A DNA stretch of 64,000 nt from Chiloscyllium plagiosum (GCF_004010195.1 NC_057718.1:1408346-1472345), one strand, 5' to 3'; numbered from the stretch's first letter, positions 22,985 to 37,318 are shown. Numbers and translations: made by a program. Notes: generated by a model not told the origin, from the sequence alone.

Positions 22985-24210
22985 AGGAAATAGCTGAAGA
23001 ACTTAATAAATACTTTGTGTCAGTCTTCACAGTGGAAGACATGAGTAATATCCCAATAATTAAGGAGCATCAAGGAGGAGAGTTGAGTATGGTAGCCATT
23101 ACAAAAGAGAAAGTGCGAGAAGAGCTATAAGGTCTAAAAATTGATAAATCTCCTGGCCCCGATGTTCTGAGGGAGGTGGCTGAAAGAAATAGCGGAGGCA
23201 TTTGTTGTAATCTTTCAAAAACCACTGGAGTCAGGGGAAGTCCCAGATGATTGGAAAATTACTGTTGTAACCCCCTTGTTCAAGAAAGGATCAAGACAAA
23301 AGATGAAAAATTATAGGCCAATTAGCCTAACCTTGGTTGGAGGTATAATTCTGGAATCCATCGGAAAGGATGAGATTTCTAAATTCTTGGAAGTGCAGGA
23401 TTGGATTAGAACAAGTCAGCATGGATTTAGTGAGGGGAGGTCGTGCCTGGCAGACCTGTTAGAATTCTTTGAAGAGGCAACAAGTAGGTTAGACTAGGGA
23501 AACCCAGTGGATGTTATCTACCTCAACTTGGAAAAGGCCTTTGATAAGGTGCCTCATGGGAGGTTGCTGAGTCAGGTGAGGGCCTATGGTGCTCGAGGTG
23601 AGCTATTGGCATGGATTGAGGATTGGCTGTCTGACAGAAGGCAGAGAGTTGGGATAAAAGGTTCTTTATTAGAATGGCAGCTAGTGACAAGTGGTGCCTC
23701 GCAGGGTTCGGTGTTGGGGCTGCAGCTGTTCACTTTATGAATTAATTATCTGGATGAAGGGACTTCAGCAAGTCATTTGATAAGGTTCCCCATGGTAGGC
23801 TCATTCAGAAGGTCAGGAGGAATGGGATACAGGGGAACTTAACTGTCTGGATACAGAATTGGCTGGCCAACAGAAAACAGCGAGTGGTAGTAGAAGGAAA
23901 ATATTCTGCCTGGAAGTCAGTGGTGAGTGGTGTTTCACAGGGCTCTATCCTTGGGCCTCTACTGTTTGTAATTTTTATTAATAACTTGGATGAGGGGATT
24001 GAAGGATGGGTCAGCAAGTTTGCAGATGACACAAAGGTTGGAGGTGTCGTTGACAGTATAGAGGGCTGTTGTAGGCTGCAGCGGGACATTGACAGGATGC
24101 AGAGATGGGCTGAGAGGTGGCAGATGGAGTTCAACCTGGATAAATGCGAGGTGATGCATTTTGGAAGGTCGAATTTGAAAGCTGAGTACAGGATTAAAGA
24201 CAGGATTCTT
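22985..24210 (+). mobile_element. CR1 reverse-transcriptase fragments (two copies joined near 23760)
   Basis: NYRPISLT, QHGF, KAFDKVPH, GVSQGSILGPLLF and KFADDTK motifs. Confidence 0.92.
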
Positions 24211-24889
24211 NNNNNNNNNNNNNNNNNNNNNNNNNNNNNNNNNNNNNNNNNNNNNNNNNNNNNNNNNNNNNNNNNNNNNNNNNNNNNNNNNNNNNNNNNN
24301 NNNNNNNNNNNNNNNNNNNNNNNNNNNNNNNNNNNNNNNNNNNNNNNNNNNNNNNNNNNNNNNNNNNNNNNNNNNNNNNNNNNNNNNNNNNNNNNNNNNN
24401 NNNNNNNNNNNNNNNNNNNNNNNNNNNNNNNNNNNNNNNNNNNNNNNNNNNNNNNNNNNNNNNNNNNNNNNNNNNNNNNNNNNNNNNNNNNNNNNNNNNN
24501 NNNNNNNNNNNNNNNNNNNNNNNNNNNNNNNNNNNNNNNNNNNNNNNNNNNNNNNNNNNNNNNNNNNNNNNNNNNNNNNNNNNNNNNNNNNNNNNNNNNN
24601 NNNNNNNNNNNNNNNNNNNNNNNNNNNNNNNNNNNNNNNNNNNNNNNNNNNNNNNNNNNNNNNNNNNNNNNNNNNNNNNNNNNNNNNNNNNNNNNNNNNN
24701 NNNNNNNNNNNNNNNNNNNNNNNNNNNNNNGCAAACCCATTCATTTCAATGGGAAACTTACTTTCCCAGCAGTCCCCTGGTCCCTGGCTCTGGAAGGTTC
24801 CCTATAATATGTTCGGTCTGCAGTAAACCACGGGTAACTGAAACCACGGAAAATGATTCCACAGCTACAGGGGTCACCCCTGTACAGTC

Positions 24890-25305
24890 AGAAGACACTA
24901 GGTTACAGTCCAACAGGTTTATTTGAATCCACAAGCTTTTGGAGCACTGCTCCTTCATCAGGTGAAGTGGAGGGAAGCGCACAGGCAAGTGATGAAGGAG
25001 CAGTGCTCTGAAAGCTTGTGATTTCAAATGAACCTGTTGGGCTCTAATCTGGGAGAAAGTCAGGACTGCAGATGCTGGAGATCAGAGCTTAAAAATGTGT
25101 TGCTGGAAAAGCGCAGCAGGTTAGGCAGCATCCAAGGAGCAGGAGAATCGACGCCTGAAGAAGGGCTTATGCCCGAAACGTCGATTCTCCTTCTCCTTGG
25201 ATGCTGCCTGATCTTCTGCGCTTTTCCAGCAACACATTTTTGGCTCTAATCTGGTGTCATGTGACTTCTGACTTTGTCCACCCCAGTCCAACACCGGCAC
25301 CTCCA
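24890..25305. mobile_element. Family-2 fold-back Penelope terminus with a nested family-1 fold-back (25053-25241)
   Basis: GGCTCTAATCTGG TSD at 25040-25052 and 25242-25254; intact motif CTGAAGA-A-GGGC-TTAT-GCCC-GAAACGTC at 25155-25182. Confidence 0.82.
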
Positions 25306-26199
25306 CCTTCAGTTTATATAGGCAGTGATAGTTACACCTACTGTACTGGTCATACTCATGATGAGAAAACTAAAAGGAGATTTTCTCAAAGTTTTCAAAG
25401 TCACTTAAGGGCTGGACGGAGTAGATTTGGAGAAGTTTGTAAAAGGGCTGAGAACAAAAGGGTGCAATTTTAAAATAATCAGCAAAAGAAGCAATTACAA
25501 GCTGAGAAAAAACATTTGATCAAACAAGTGTTTGGCTTGGGTCTGGAATGAAATACCTGGAAGATAATTGGAGGCATGTTCAGTCAGGCCATTAGATCCT
25601 GATTTGACTAGAAGCAATATGCAGGGTTAAGGGGGAAAAGGCAGGAAAGTGGCAGAGGTTATAATGTTCATTCAGAGAGCTGGCACAGATATAATGGGCC
25701 AAATGGCCTCCTTCTGCATCATCGCAATTCTGTGAAAGTCTCAATGGAAATAATCTAAAGATAGATCTTGAAGAGGCCAAAGTGCAGAGACAGTGACTAT
25801 TTCCTCTTGTTTAAGAAAGAGGGAACTGTTTGAGTGATTGAACATCCTGGCAACACCCCCAGAGTCTGACTTGGAGCAGTACAGATATCTTGGAGCAGTG
25901 GTGGGAGAGGGACTGGATAAATTCTTTAATTTACAAGGAATTAAGGGCTACGGGGAGAATGCGGGTAAGTGGAGTTGAAATGCCCATCAGCCATGATTGA
26001 ATGGTGGAGTGGACTCCATGGGCTGAATGGCCTTACTTCCACTCCTATGTCCCATGGTCTTATAAGGTTAATGCTTTTGCAGCAATCTTCAGCCAGAAGT
26101 GCTGAGTGGATGATCCATCTTGGCCTCCTCCAGTGGTCCCCAGCATTACAGATACCAGTCTTCATGGAGAAAGTGAGGACTGCAGATGCTGGAGATCAG

Positions 26200-29100
26200 A
26201 ACATAGAACAAGACAACACAATACAGGCCCTTCAGCCCTCGATGTCACGCCAACCTGTGAAACCAATCTGAAGCCTATCTAATGTATACTATTCCATTAT
26301 CATCTATATGTTTATCCAATGACCATTTAAATGCCTGTAAAGTTGGCAAGTCTTGCAGGCAGGACATTCTGCGTCCTTACTACTGTCTGAGTAAAGAACC
26401 TACCTCTGACATCTGTCCTATATCTATCACTACTCAATTTAAACCTATGTCCCCTTATACTAGCCATCAGCATGAGGAAAAAGGCTCTCACTGTCTACCC
26501 TATCTAATCTTCTGACCATCTTGTATGTCTCTATTAAGTCACCTATTAACCTTCTTCTCTCAAATGAAAACAGCCTCAAATCCCTCAGCCTTTCCTCATA
26601 AGACCTTCCCTCCATACCAGGCAATATTCTGTTAAATCTCCTCTGAACCCTTTCCAAAGCTTCCACATCCTTCCAAAAATGCGGTGACCAGAACTGCACA
26701 CAATACACCAAGTGCGGCCACACCAGAGTTTTGTTCAGCTGCAACGTGACCACATGGCTCTGAAATTCAATCCCTCTACCAACAAAACCTAACACACCAT
26801 ATGCTTTCTTAACAACCCTACTAACCTGGGTGGCAACCTTCAGGGATCAATGCACATGGATACCGAGATCTCTTTGCTTATCCACACTACCAAGAATCTT
26901 ACATAGCCCAGTACTCTGCATTTCTGTCACTCCTTCCAAAGTGAATCAACTTACACTTTTCCGCATTAAACTCCATTTGCCACCTCTCAGCCCAGCTCTG
27001 CAGCTTACCTATGTCCCTCTGTAATCCTCAGTATCTTCCGGCACTATCCACGACTCCAGCAACTTTAGTGTCATCCACAAATTTACTAACCCACCCTTCT
27101 ATACCCTCATCCAGGTCATTTATAAAAATGACACACAGCAGTGGCCCCAAAGCAGATCCTTGCGGTACCCCACTAGTAACTGAACTCCAGGATGAACATT
27201 TCTCATCAACCACCACCCTCTATCTTCCAGCAGCTAGCCAATTTCTGATCCAAAAGGCTAAGTCACCCTCAATCCATGCCTCTATATTTTCTGCAATAGC
27301 CTACTGTGGGGAACCTTATCAAGTACTTAAATCCATATGCCCCACATCAACCACTTTAACTTGTTCCACCTGTTTGGTCACCTTCTCAAAGAACTCAACA
27401 AGGTTTTTGAGTTACGACCTACTTTTCACAAAACCTAATCAAATTATTCCTTTCTAGATTATTATAAATCTTATCTCTTATAATGCTTTCCACACATTAC
27501 CCACGACCGAAGTAAGTCTCACTGGTGTATAATTTCCAGGGTTGTCTCTACTCCCTTTCTTGAACAGGGGAACAACATTTGCTATCCTCCAGTCTTCTGG
27601 CACTATTCCTATAGACAATGACGACATAAATATCAAAGTCAAAGGCTCTAGAATCTCTTCTCTAGCTTCTCAGAGAATCCCAGGATAAATCCCATCTGGC
27701 CTAGGGGACTTATCTATTTTCATTACCAGAATTGCTAACACCTCTTCCTTACACACCTCAATCCCATCCAGTCAAATAGCCTGAATCTCAGTATTCTCCT
27801 CGACACAATTGTCTTTTTCCTGCATGAATACTGACGAAAATATTTATTTAGCATTCTCCTATCTCTTTGTATTCCACGCACAACTTCCCACTACTGTCCT
27901 TGACTGGCCCTAATCTTATTCTAGTCATCCTTTTATTCCTGTCTTACCTCTAGAAAGCTTTAGGGTTTTCCTTGATCCTACCTGCCAAAGACTTCTTATG
28001 TCCCCTTCTGCCTCTTACTAGCTCTCTGCTTCGGTGCTTCCTGGCTAACTTGTAACTCTCAAGCGCCCTAGCTGAACCTTCATACCTCATCTTAACATAG
28101 GCCTCCTTCTTCCTCTTGACAAGAGATTCAACTTCTTTAGTAAACCACAGGGTTCCCTCACTTGACCACTTCCTCCCTGCCTGACAGGTACATACCTATC
28201 AAGGACATGTAGTAGCTGTTCCTTGAACAAGCTCCATATTTCAGTTGTGCCCATTCCTTGTAGCTTTCTTACCCATTTCTATGCATCATGAATCTTGCCT
28301 AATCACCTCATAATTGCCTTTCCCCCAGCTATAGCCCTTGCCCTGTGGTATATACCTCTCCCTTTTCATCGCTAAAGTAAACATAACCAAATTGTGGTCA
28401 TTATCAACAAAGTGCTCACCTACCTCCAAATCTAACACCTGGCCTGGTTCATTACCAAGTACCAAACCAATGGGGCTTCGCCTCTTGGCCTATCTACGTA
28501 GTGTGAAAAAGTGAGGACTGCAGATGTTGGAGATCAGAGTCGAGAATGTGTGCTGCACACATTGGACAAAAACTGACCCATTGAAAGTACTTGAATTATA
28601 GTGCTTCCAGTCAATATTTGTAAAGTTAAAGACCCCATAACAACTACCCTGTTACTTTCACTCCTATCCAGAATCACCTTTGTAATCCTTTCCTCTACAT
28701 CTCTGGACCTTTTTGGAGGCCTATAGAAAACTTCCAACAGGGTGACTTCTCCTTTCCTATTTCTAACCTAAACCCATACTACCTCAGTGGACGAGTCCTC
28801 ATCAAACGTCCTTTCTGCCACCGTAATACTGGCCTTGACTAAGAATGTCACACCTCGTCTTCTTTTACCACCTTCCCTGATCTTACTGAAACATCTAAAT
28901 CCCGGAACCTGCAATAACCATTCCTGTCCATACTCTATCCATGTCTCAACATCGAAGTCCCAGGTACCAACCCATGCTGCAAGTTCACCCATCTTATTCC
29001 AGGTGCTCCTGGCATTGAAGTAGACACACTTCAAATCACCTTCCTGCCTGCTGGTACACTCCTGTGACCTTGAAACCTTCATCCTGACCTCACTACTCTC

Positions 29101-29395
29101 AACCTCCTGGACACTGGAGCTGCAAATCAGGTTCCCATCCCTCTGCTGAGTTAGTTTAAACCCTCCCGAAGAGCATTATAAAATTTCCCCCCAAGGATAT
29201 TGGTACACTCTAGTTCAGGTGTAGACCATGGCATTTGTAGAGGTCCCACTACCCCAGAATGAGCCCTTATTATTCAGGTATCTGAATCTTTCCCTCCTGC
29301 ACCATTCCTGTAGCCACTTGTTCAACTGCTCTCTCTCTCTCTCTCTACTCCTTGTCTCACTAGTACGTGGCACAAGTAGCAAACCAGAGATAACC
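26200..29395 (-). mobile_element. Long degenerate CR1 (end of ORF1, endonuclease, RT, 3' tail)
   Basis: [35 protein letters not shown] and LERVQRRF on the minus strand, with many stops and frameshifts. Confidence 0.9.
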
Positions 29396-29404
29396 AGAGT
29401 TGAA

Positions 29405-31560
29405 AATACCAGTCTTCAGCCAATTTGATTCACTCCAAATGATATCAACAAATGGTTGGAGACCTTGATTACTGCAAAGGCTACAAACACTGACAACATA
29501 CCAGCAATAGTACTAAGGCTTGTGCTCCAGTACTTGCCACTCCCTTAGCCAAGCTGTTCCAGTATAGTTACAACACTGGCAGCTACCTGACAATATGGAA
29601 AATTGCCCAGGTATGTCCTGTGTAGAAAAGCAGGACAAATTTAACCTAACCAATTGCTTGCTCCATCAGTCTATTCTTGATCATCAGCAAAGTGATAGAA
29701 GGTGTAAACAACAGAACTATCAAGCTCAGCAATAACCTGCTCAGTGACGCCCAGTTTGGGTTCCACCAGGGCCACTCAGCTCCTGACCACGTTAAAGCCT
29801 TGGTTCAGACATGGACAAAAGAGGGGAGGTGAGAGTGACAGCCATTGACATCAAGGCAGCAGTTGACTGAGTGTGGCATCATGAAGCCCTGGCAAAACTG
29901 GAATCATTGGTTATCAGGGGCAAACTCTCCAGTAGCTGGAGTCATATCTGGCACATAGGAAGATGGTTGTGACAGTTGAAGGTCAGTCTTCTCAGCTCCA
30001 GGACATCTCTGCAGGATCTCCTCAGGGTCTTAGGCCCAACCACCTTCAGCTGCTTCATCAATGACCTTCTCTTCATCATAAGGTCAGAAGTGGGTATGTT
30101 TCCTGATGGTTGCAGAATGCTCAGCACCACTTGCGACACCTTAGATACTGAAGCAATCCATGTTCAAGTGCAACAAGATATGGACAATATCCATGCTTGG
30201 GCTGACAAGTGGCAAAAGTTATACTACATAAATGTCAGGTATTGGGCTGACAAGTGGCAAAAGTTATACTACATAAATGTCAGGTATCTCCAATTAAAGA
30301 CAATCTGACTATCATCCTTTGAATCATCATTGAATCCTTGGGGTTATCACTGACCAGAAACTCAACTAGAATCGCCATATAAACACTATAAGTGGCTATA
30401 AGATCAGGTCAGAAGCTAGGAATACTGCAGTGACTAACTCACCTTCTGACTCCCCAAAGCCTGCCCATCATCTACAAAGCACAAGTCAGGAGTATAATAG
30501 AACTTTCCCCATTTGTCTGAATGAGTACAGCTCCAACAACACTCAAGGAGCTTGACACTTTCCAGGACAAAGCAGCCTGATTGGTTGGCACTACATCCAC
30601 AAGCATTGAATCTCTCCACCACTGACACTCAGTAGCAGTCGTGTGTACTATCTATAAGATGCACTGCAGGAATTTACCAGCATCCTCAGACAGCACCTTC
30701 CAAACCCATGACCACTTCCATCTAGAAGGACAAGAGCAGCACATACATGGGAACACCACCACCTTCACGTTCCCCTCCAAGCCACTCACTGTCCTGACTT
30801 GGATTATATGTCACTGTTCCTTCACTGTCGCTGGGTCAAAATCTTGTAATTCTCTCCCTAATGGCATTGTGGGTCAACCTGCAGCAGGTGGACTGCAACA
30901 GTTCAAGAAGGCAGCTTACCACTACCTTCTCAAGAGCAACTAGAGACAGGTAATAAATGCTGGCAACCCACCGGCACCCACATCCCACAAATGACTGAAA
31001 AGAATTCCCCCTCCAATGATTGGGCAGCACGGCACATCCGTGCAAAAGATAAGGTTAAAGCATTTCTAACATTCTTCACACAGAAGCGTCAAGTGAATGA
31101 TCTATCTCGATCTCTACTTGAAGTCTCCAACATCACACATAATACAGTCAAAAACTACTCGTGGCACTGGATGCTATAAAACGTATGGGCCCTGATAACA
31201 TTAGAATCTTCACAGTACTAGAGACTTGTGCACCATAATCCAAACCAAGCTGTTCCAGTAAATCCACAACAATTGCACATGCCCAGCAATGTGGAAACTT
31301 TTACAGGTTTGTCCGATCCACAAATAGCATAACAAATGCAACACATCCATATCAGACTGCTAGCAATTATCAATAAAAGTGGTATCAAGTAACACTTGCT
31401 CAGCAATAACCTGATCTCTTCGTAGTCAGTTTGAGCTTCAGGACCACTCAGCCTCCTGATCTCAATGCAGCTTTGTTCCAATCATGTTCCAAAGGAGCTG
31501 AAGCAAGAGATGAGGTGAGAGTGATTGCATTTGACATTAGGACAGGATTTATCAAGTATT
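29405..31560 (+). mobile_element. Second non-LTR retrotransposon family (RT and 3' tail); related pieces at 6665-7055, 21930-22985, 32050-32880, 42555-42910 and 60210-60570
   Basis: VLGPTTFSCFINDL-type RT motif and a shared 3' end (GGACTGCAGCAGTTCAAGAAGGCAGCT...AATAAATGCTGGC). Confidence 0.75.
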
Positions 31561-31569
31561 AAATGGAGA

Positions 31570-31797
31570 TCAGTTAGCTCAGTTGGCCAAATGTCTGGAT
31601 GGCTGGTTTGTGGTGCAGTGTGACATCAACAGTATGGGTTTAATTCCAGCACTAGCTGAGGTTCCTGTAAAGGATTCTTCTTTTCAACCTCCCCACTCAC
31701 ATGAGGTGACCCTCAGGTTACACCACCACTGGCCATTTCTCTCTAGTGAAAGAACAGCTATGGTCTGATGACGATGGTGACTTTATCTTACTTTAAG
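31570..31797 (+). mobile_element. tRNA-derived SINE; related partial copy at 5020-5170
   Basis: TAGCTCAGTTGG A-box-like and GGGTTTAATTCC B-box-like motifs; shared body sequence with 5020-5170. Confidence 0.55.
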
Positions 31798-33072
31798 GGA
31801 TTCTTGTGTTTCAGTGGTGGTACCATACCCCTGGATCAGGAGCTCAAGCTTCTAGCTATAAGACCATAAGACATAGGAGCAGAAGTAAGGCCATTCGGCC
31901 CATCAAGTCCACTCCGCCATTCAATCATGGCTGATGGGCATTTCAACTCCACTTACCCGCATTCTCCCCGTAGCCCTTAAATCCCCGTAGCCCACCCGCT
32001 CCAGAGTTGCATAATAACAGCTCCAAACAGGTTGATTTGAAAATATCTTTACCAAGTATGGTTTCAAGAAACCCTAGTAAAACTGGAGTCAATGGGAACC
32101 TTGGGAAAACCTCAACAAGCTAGTTGTAGTTGTTTGAGGTCAATCATCTCAGTTTCAAGACACATTTGCAGTAGTTCCTCAGGGTAATTTCATAGTTCAA
32201 ATATTTAAAGCTGTTTCACCAATGACCTTCCCTCCATTACAAGGTCAGAAGTGGGATTGTTCGCATTCAGACCATATAAATGATAAAATAATAATAAATA
32301 AAATAGTAACATGTAAATATGGTGGTTACAGAGCAAGTCAGAAGCTTGGAATCCTGCAGCGAATAACTCACCTCCTAACTCCTCAAAACCTGACCACCAT
32401 ATTAAAGCACAAATCATGAACGCAATACTCTCCACTTGACTGGATGAGCACAGCTCTCACAACACTCAGGATGCTTGAAGTCATCTGTGAGTTTTTGTGG
32501 GTGCTCCAGTCTCCTCCCACAGTCCATAGATGTGCAGGTTAGGTGGATTGACTGTGCTAAAAAAAACTGTTCCATCATGTTCAGTGACACACAGGCCAGG
32601 TGGATTAGCCATGGTAAAAAGCAGGATTACAGGGTTAGGATTTTAGGGGTGGGGGGGGGGGCAGTGCTGAGTCTGGGTGGGATGCGCTTTAGAGGATCAA
32701 TGTGTGAAATGGCCTCTATCTGCACTGCAGGGATTCTATTATTCTATACAAAGTAGCCTGATATATTGGCACTATATTCACAAACAGTCATTCCGTCCAC
32801 CACCGAAATTCAGTAGCATCATCTACAGGTTGTACTGCAGAAATTTAGTAAAGCTCCTTAGACAGCCCCTTCCACATCCACCACCATCGTAGTTGTTAAG
32901 TCCTTCCCCAGGTGTTTGGAGATTAAACTTGTAAAAGTTGAGGAAGGTTCTAGGTTCGATCATAGGGGATATGAAAGATCATAGGAGAAGTGAAAAATCA
33001 TCAGGGAATGAAAGACAAAGAAAGAGAGAGAAAGCAGTTGATATAATGCAAGGAAGGAACTTAATAGCTTAC

Positions 33073-33222
33073 CTCTCAGTTTCCTCTGCTTGTTGCAAAT
33101 TGAAGAGGAGGGAGGGGACAATTTTATCCATGTGCTGGGGTTCCCAAATGTTGGCCTGGAGCTCATCATTAACTGTCTTCCTTACCACACCCTGCAGACC
33201 CTTTATACCAGCCATACGAATC
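33073..33222 (-). CDS. EFR3B: EFR3B coding exon 6 (150 bp)
   Basis: IRMAGIKGLQGVVRKTVNDELQANIWEPQHMDKIVPSLLFNLQQAEETE(S); CAG acceptor, GTAAGC donor. Confidence 0.96.
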
Positions 33223-33319
33223 CTGATGGGCAGAAAACAGCAAAAGATATTGGGATTTCACCTTGTGGGAGGGCTTACTTAAAGTCCAGAAGGAAAAAGG
33301 CTCATAAGAATGATCTCAG

Positions 33320-33776
33320 AGTGATAGGCTTAACATATGAGGAACATTTGAGGATTCTGGGTTTATACTTGATGAAGTTTAGAAGGATGAGAGGAGATCT
33401 AATTGAAACTTGCAGAATATAAATGGCCTGGACAGAGTGGACGTTCGGAAGATGTTTCCATTGGCAGGAGAGACTCAGACCCGAGGGCACAACCTTAGAG
33501 TAAAGGGAAGACCCTTTAGAATGGAGATAAGGAAAAGCTTCTTCAACCAGAGATTGATGAATCTATGGAATTCATTACCACAGAATGCTGTGGAGACCAG
33601 GTCATTGAGTATATTTAAGACAGCGATAGATAGGTTATTGATAGTCAAAGGGATCAAGATTGATGGGGAGAAAGAGGGAGAAGGGGGTTGAGAAACTTAT
33701 CAGCCATGTTTGAATGGTGGAGCAGACTCAATGGACCGAATGGCCTATTTTCTGCTCTTATACTTTATGTTCTTAT
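33320..33776 (+). mobile_element. CR1 3' fragment
   Basis: RRMRGDLIET, FFNQRLMNLWNSLP and tail. Confidence 0.85.
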
Positions 33777-34377
33777 GGAAGAAGGAAAATGAGTCTTCCT
33801 TCCGTCCTCCCTCCCTTAATATCAGAGGGCTTTGTCTGAGGGAGGGTGGAAGATCCCAGACAATTCTAGGAATTCCACCTTGTTCACCATTATAAGGTAT
33901 CAAATGAACTCTTGTCATCAAGAATTGACATGCAATCTATTTCAGTAAATAGAAAATCCCCATTTGGTTTATTGGCGTGAAGCAAGTGAACCTAAAGGTG
34001 ACGGATAGCTTTCATCTCTGACCTTCAGATGGGCTCCTGGTCACCCTAGCAGAGTAGTTGTCGAAGGATCAGAGCAGTAGGTGTTGATGGTCCTTCACAG
34101 GTGTAGGCAACATAAGCTCTAACCAGGGAATGACCTAATTTGACAAATTGTGACAATGTGGTGTCCTTTAACCATGCATTCACAGATCTCTATTACATCA
34201 ATGTAGCAGAGCCAATATAGTTCAGACATATTGTAACTGAACAGTCAATCAAAGCAAGTCAAGATAATTCTTTTCAGTAATGATTCACTACTCTTTAAAA
34301 ACCCAATTCAGTGGGAGGGAGATTGAAAATCTCTCCTTAATGCCTTGTAAGTGGAACTGTGTTGGGTATCTACTCAC

Positions 34378-34499
34378 TTAGTTCTGTCTGTAACATCATC
34401 GTGTCCTGAATGGCACATCTCACTAAACCTGGAGACGAAGAAATCATAACTTCGGTGATATGAAGGTGTGTCCTCTTCGATGTTTGCAAACTTTATGAA
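34378..34499 (-). CDS. EFR3B: EFR3B coding exon 5 (122 bp)
   Basis: FIKFANIEEDTPSYHRSYDFFVSRFSEMCHSGHDDVTDRT(K); CAG acceptor, GTGAGT donor. Confidence 0.96.
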
Positions 34500-35373
34500 C
34501 TGTTGGAGAAAATTATCTTTTTTACTAAAATAGATTCTGGTTCGGAGCAATTAAAACAGCTCTTGCTCCTCACTCTTCTGTTATTGCTTCCTTATTGCAC
34601 GATTCCCTTTAGTGATACACATGCTGTTTGATATTGTGTCAAATAAGTTTAATGAACTGGTTTTATTTATTTTAAAGCAGCTCAGATTTCAAAGAGACCT
34701 GACAGAGGTATAATCAAAGGACTAGTGACAGATTGTTTTAGTTTGATAAAATGGGGAGGACCACAGTTTGTAATTAAACTGTGCAAAAGTAGATTGGGTG
34801 AAATGTTGAGCAATTATTCAATTCTGAAAGCCAGGAGAAATCACAGCCTCTTCCTGTCACCTCCTTGCTCTTTAGAGTCATCTCATTCTTGTGAGAGTCA
34901 TAGTACTGCACTTACAGAAAAGAAAGAGACCATTCAACTTCCTCCACATAGAAACATTATACCCTTTTCTTATAATCTTCCTTTCAAAACCCCTACAAAA
35001 TAATAGCTCTGTCACTATGTGTCTTGTGCAGCACAATTCTATGTTCCATACAGCCTTTTACAAGAAATTGTTGCTTCTCCCATAATTTTTCATTGACAAT
35101 CCTCAATACCTATCATTAAGGCTGGGACAGGTTATAGTTGGTACAGTACAGGGAGACGAAGAATGAAAGCATGACCTCTGAAATAAGCTCTCTCTTTACC
35201 ACTGAGCAAAGACAGATGAAAGTAATTACCTAACATTTACCCAGCAATAATTTGGAAAGTTAAAAGATGCCATGGGAGTTATTACATTTGTATCAGTTCT
35301 CAATAACTAGAAGCCTTCTTCCTCTACAGTGCATGAGTTAATTCCAAACTGTGAATGTGGAAAACTGACTTAC

Positions 35374-35524
35374 CGAATTTGTACCCAGGATCTGCAATGC
35401 TGCTTTGTCAGACTCAAGGAGCTTGGCCACCATCTTAAGAAAGCTCTCTACGAATAAGTTGATGCTCTGGCAGTGACAGGCCATCAGGAGCTGGTCTAAA
35501 GCCTCCATTGCAATGCACACGTAA
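35374..35524 (-). CDS. EFR3B: EFR3B coding exon 4 (151 bp)
   Basis: YVCIAMEALDQLLMACHCQSINLFVESFLKMVAKLLESDKAALQILGTNS (also in ORF 35338..35541); CHCQSINLF is EFR3B-type, not EFR3A-type; GTAAGT donor. Confidence 0.96.
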
Positions 35525-37150
35525 CTGGCAAGCAAGTACACAGCACCATGAGAAAATTGCTACACTGGCTTACTTTATCTTTATCCTGTCTACAGGAGGG
35601 GTTTGCCAGTGCTGTTAGGGATGGTTTAAAGTAATTTGGCACAGGGAGTGGGAGTGAAGGTTTAGCAGCCCCCCCCCCAAGCAGTTCAAGAGAAATAGAA
35701 GAACAGATACATACGTAAATTTCAGAGAAGTACAAAAGTAAGTGTAGTGATAGTGGGGGATTTCATTTTAAATGAATGTCGTGTTTCGGTGAGAGGGAAT
35801 GATGTGGGTATAGAAATCAGAGAGAAGGATTGTGGTATAATTTTAAAAATTAACAGAGACAGAGAGAAGATTCTAAGTGATCAGGCAGGTAAAAGTAGAT
35901 AAATTTCCAAACTGGATGAAATGCATCCTGGGCTGCTGAGTGAGACTGAGGACGAAATTGCAGGGGCAGTGGCAATAATTGTTAATTTGTCTCTGGCTAC
36001 AGGAAAGATGCCAAATGACTGGCAGGCACCCAATTTGGTACAGTTGTTCAAGAAGGGAGCAAGGGGTCAATTAGGAAACTACAGCCCAGTCAGTCTAGCC
36101 TCAGTAGTGAGGAAATTGTTGGAAGTAACTCTGAGGGATAAAATTAATCTGCACTTGGAGAAGCAGGGATTAATCAAGTATAGACAGTGTAGTTTTGTTA
36201 AGGAGTGGTCATGTCTGAGCAACTTGACTGAATTTTTTGAGAAGGGGACAAAGTGCTTTTGATGTAGTCTACTTGGACTTCAGCAAGGTTTTTGAGAAGG
36301 TCCCACATGGGAGGCTGATAGTGAGGACAAGGACCCTTCAGCATCCAAGGAAATTTACCAAATTGGATCCACAAATGGCTGAGTGGGAGGAAGCTGAGGG
36401 TGATTGTCAAGATGTGATTTTGTGATTGGCAGCCTGCATCCAGTGCAATTACACAGGCATCAGTGTTGAGGACGTTGTTGCTTGTGGTACATATAAATGA
36501 TTTTGACTTGAATGTGTGAAGATCATTTAAGAGACTTTTCAATAAGCACATAAATATGCAAGGAATGGAATAGGATATAGACTAAGCGCATGCAGAAGGG
36601 ATTAGTTTAATTTGGTGTCATGTTCCGCACAAAGTTGTGAGCCAAGGGGTGCATTCCTGTGCTATACAGTTCTGTAGTCTATGATTGGTCAGTAAGTTCA
36701 GGATGATATGAAATTGATCAATAGTGAAGAGGTTAAATCTGTTAGATTACAGAAGGATATAGTTGTACCGGTCAGATAGCATCAATGGCAAATGGAATTC
36801 GATCCAGAGAAATGTGAGATGATATACTTGGGCATGACAAAAAGCAAGAGAATACATGATGAACATTAGGACACTGGGAAGCACCTGGGATCAGAGTGAC
36901 CTCACTGCACATATACTGGTCCCTTGAGGGAGCGGGACATAAAGTGGTTCAGAAGGCATATGGGACACTTGCCTTTATCAGTGTCCAACTCCTTTATCAG
37001 GAGTTCAAGAGCAGGGAGGTTAAACTGGAACTGGATAAAATGTTGGTTAGCCACAACTACAGTACTGTTGTGCAGGTCTGGAATCCGCCTTCACATCCAA
37101 GAGGGACATGATTGCACTCAAGTGGGTGCAAAGGGCATTAACAGGATATT

Positions 37151-37318
37151 CTCAGCAGGTCTGGCAGCATCTGTAAGGAGAGGAAAGAGCTGACAAAGGG
37201 TCAGTTAGACTCGAAGCGTCAGCTCTGTTCTCTCCTTACAGATGTTGCCAGATTTGCTGAGATTTTCCAGCATTTTCTTTTTTGGTTTCAGATTCCAGCA
37301 TCCGCAGTAATTTGCTTT
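37151..37318. mobile_element. Penelope-like terminus, family 3, partly fold-back
   Basis: TAACAGGATATT direct repeats; decayed motif CTGACAA-A-GGGTC-AGTTA-GACTC-GAAGCGTC at 37190-37220. Confidence 0.72.
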
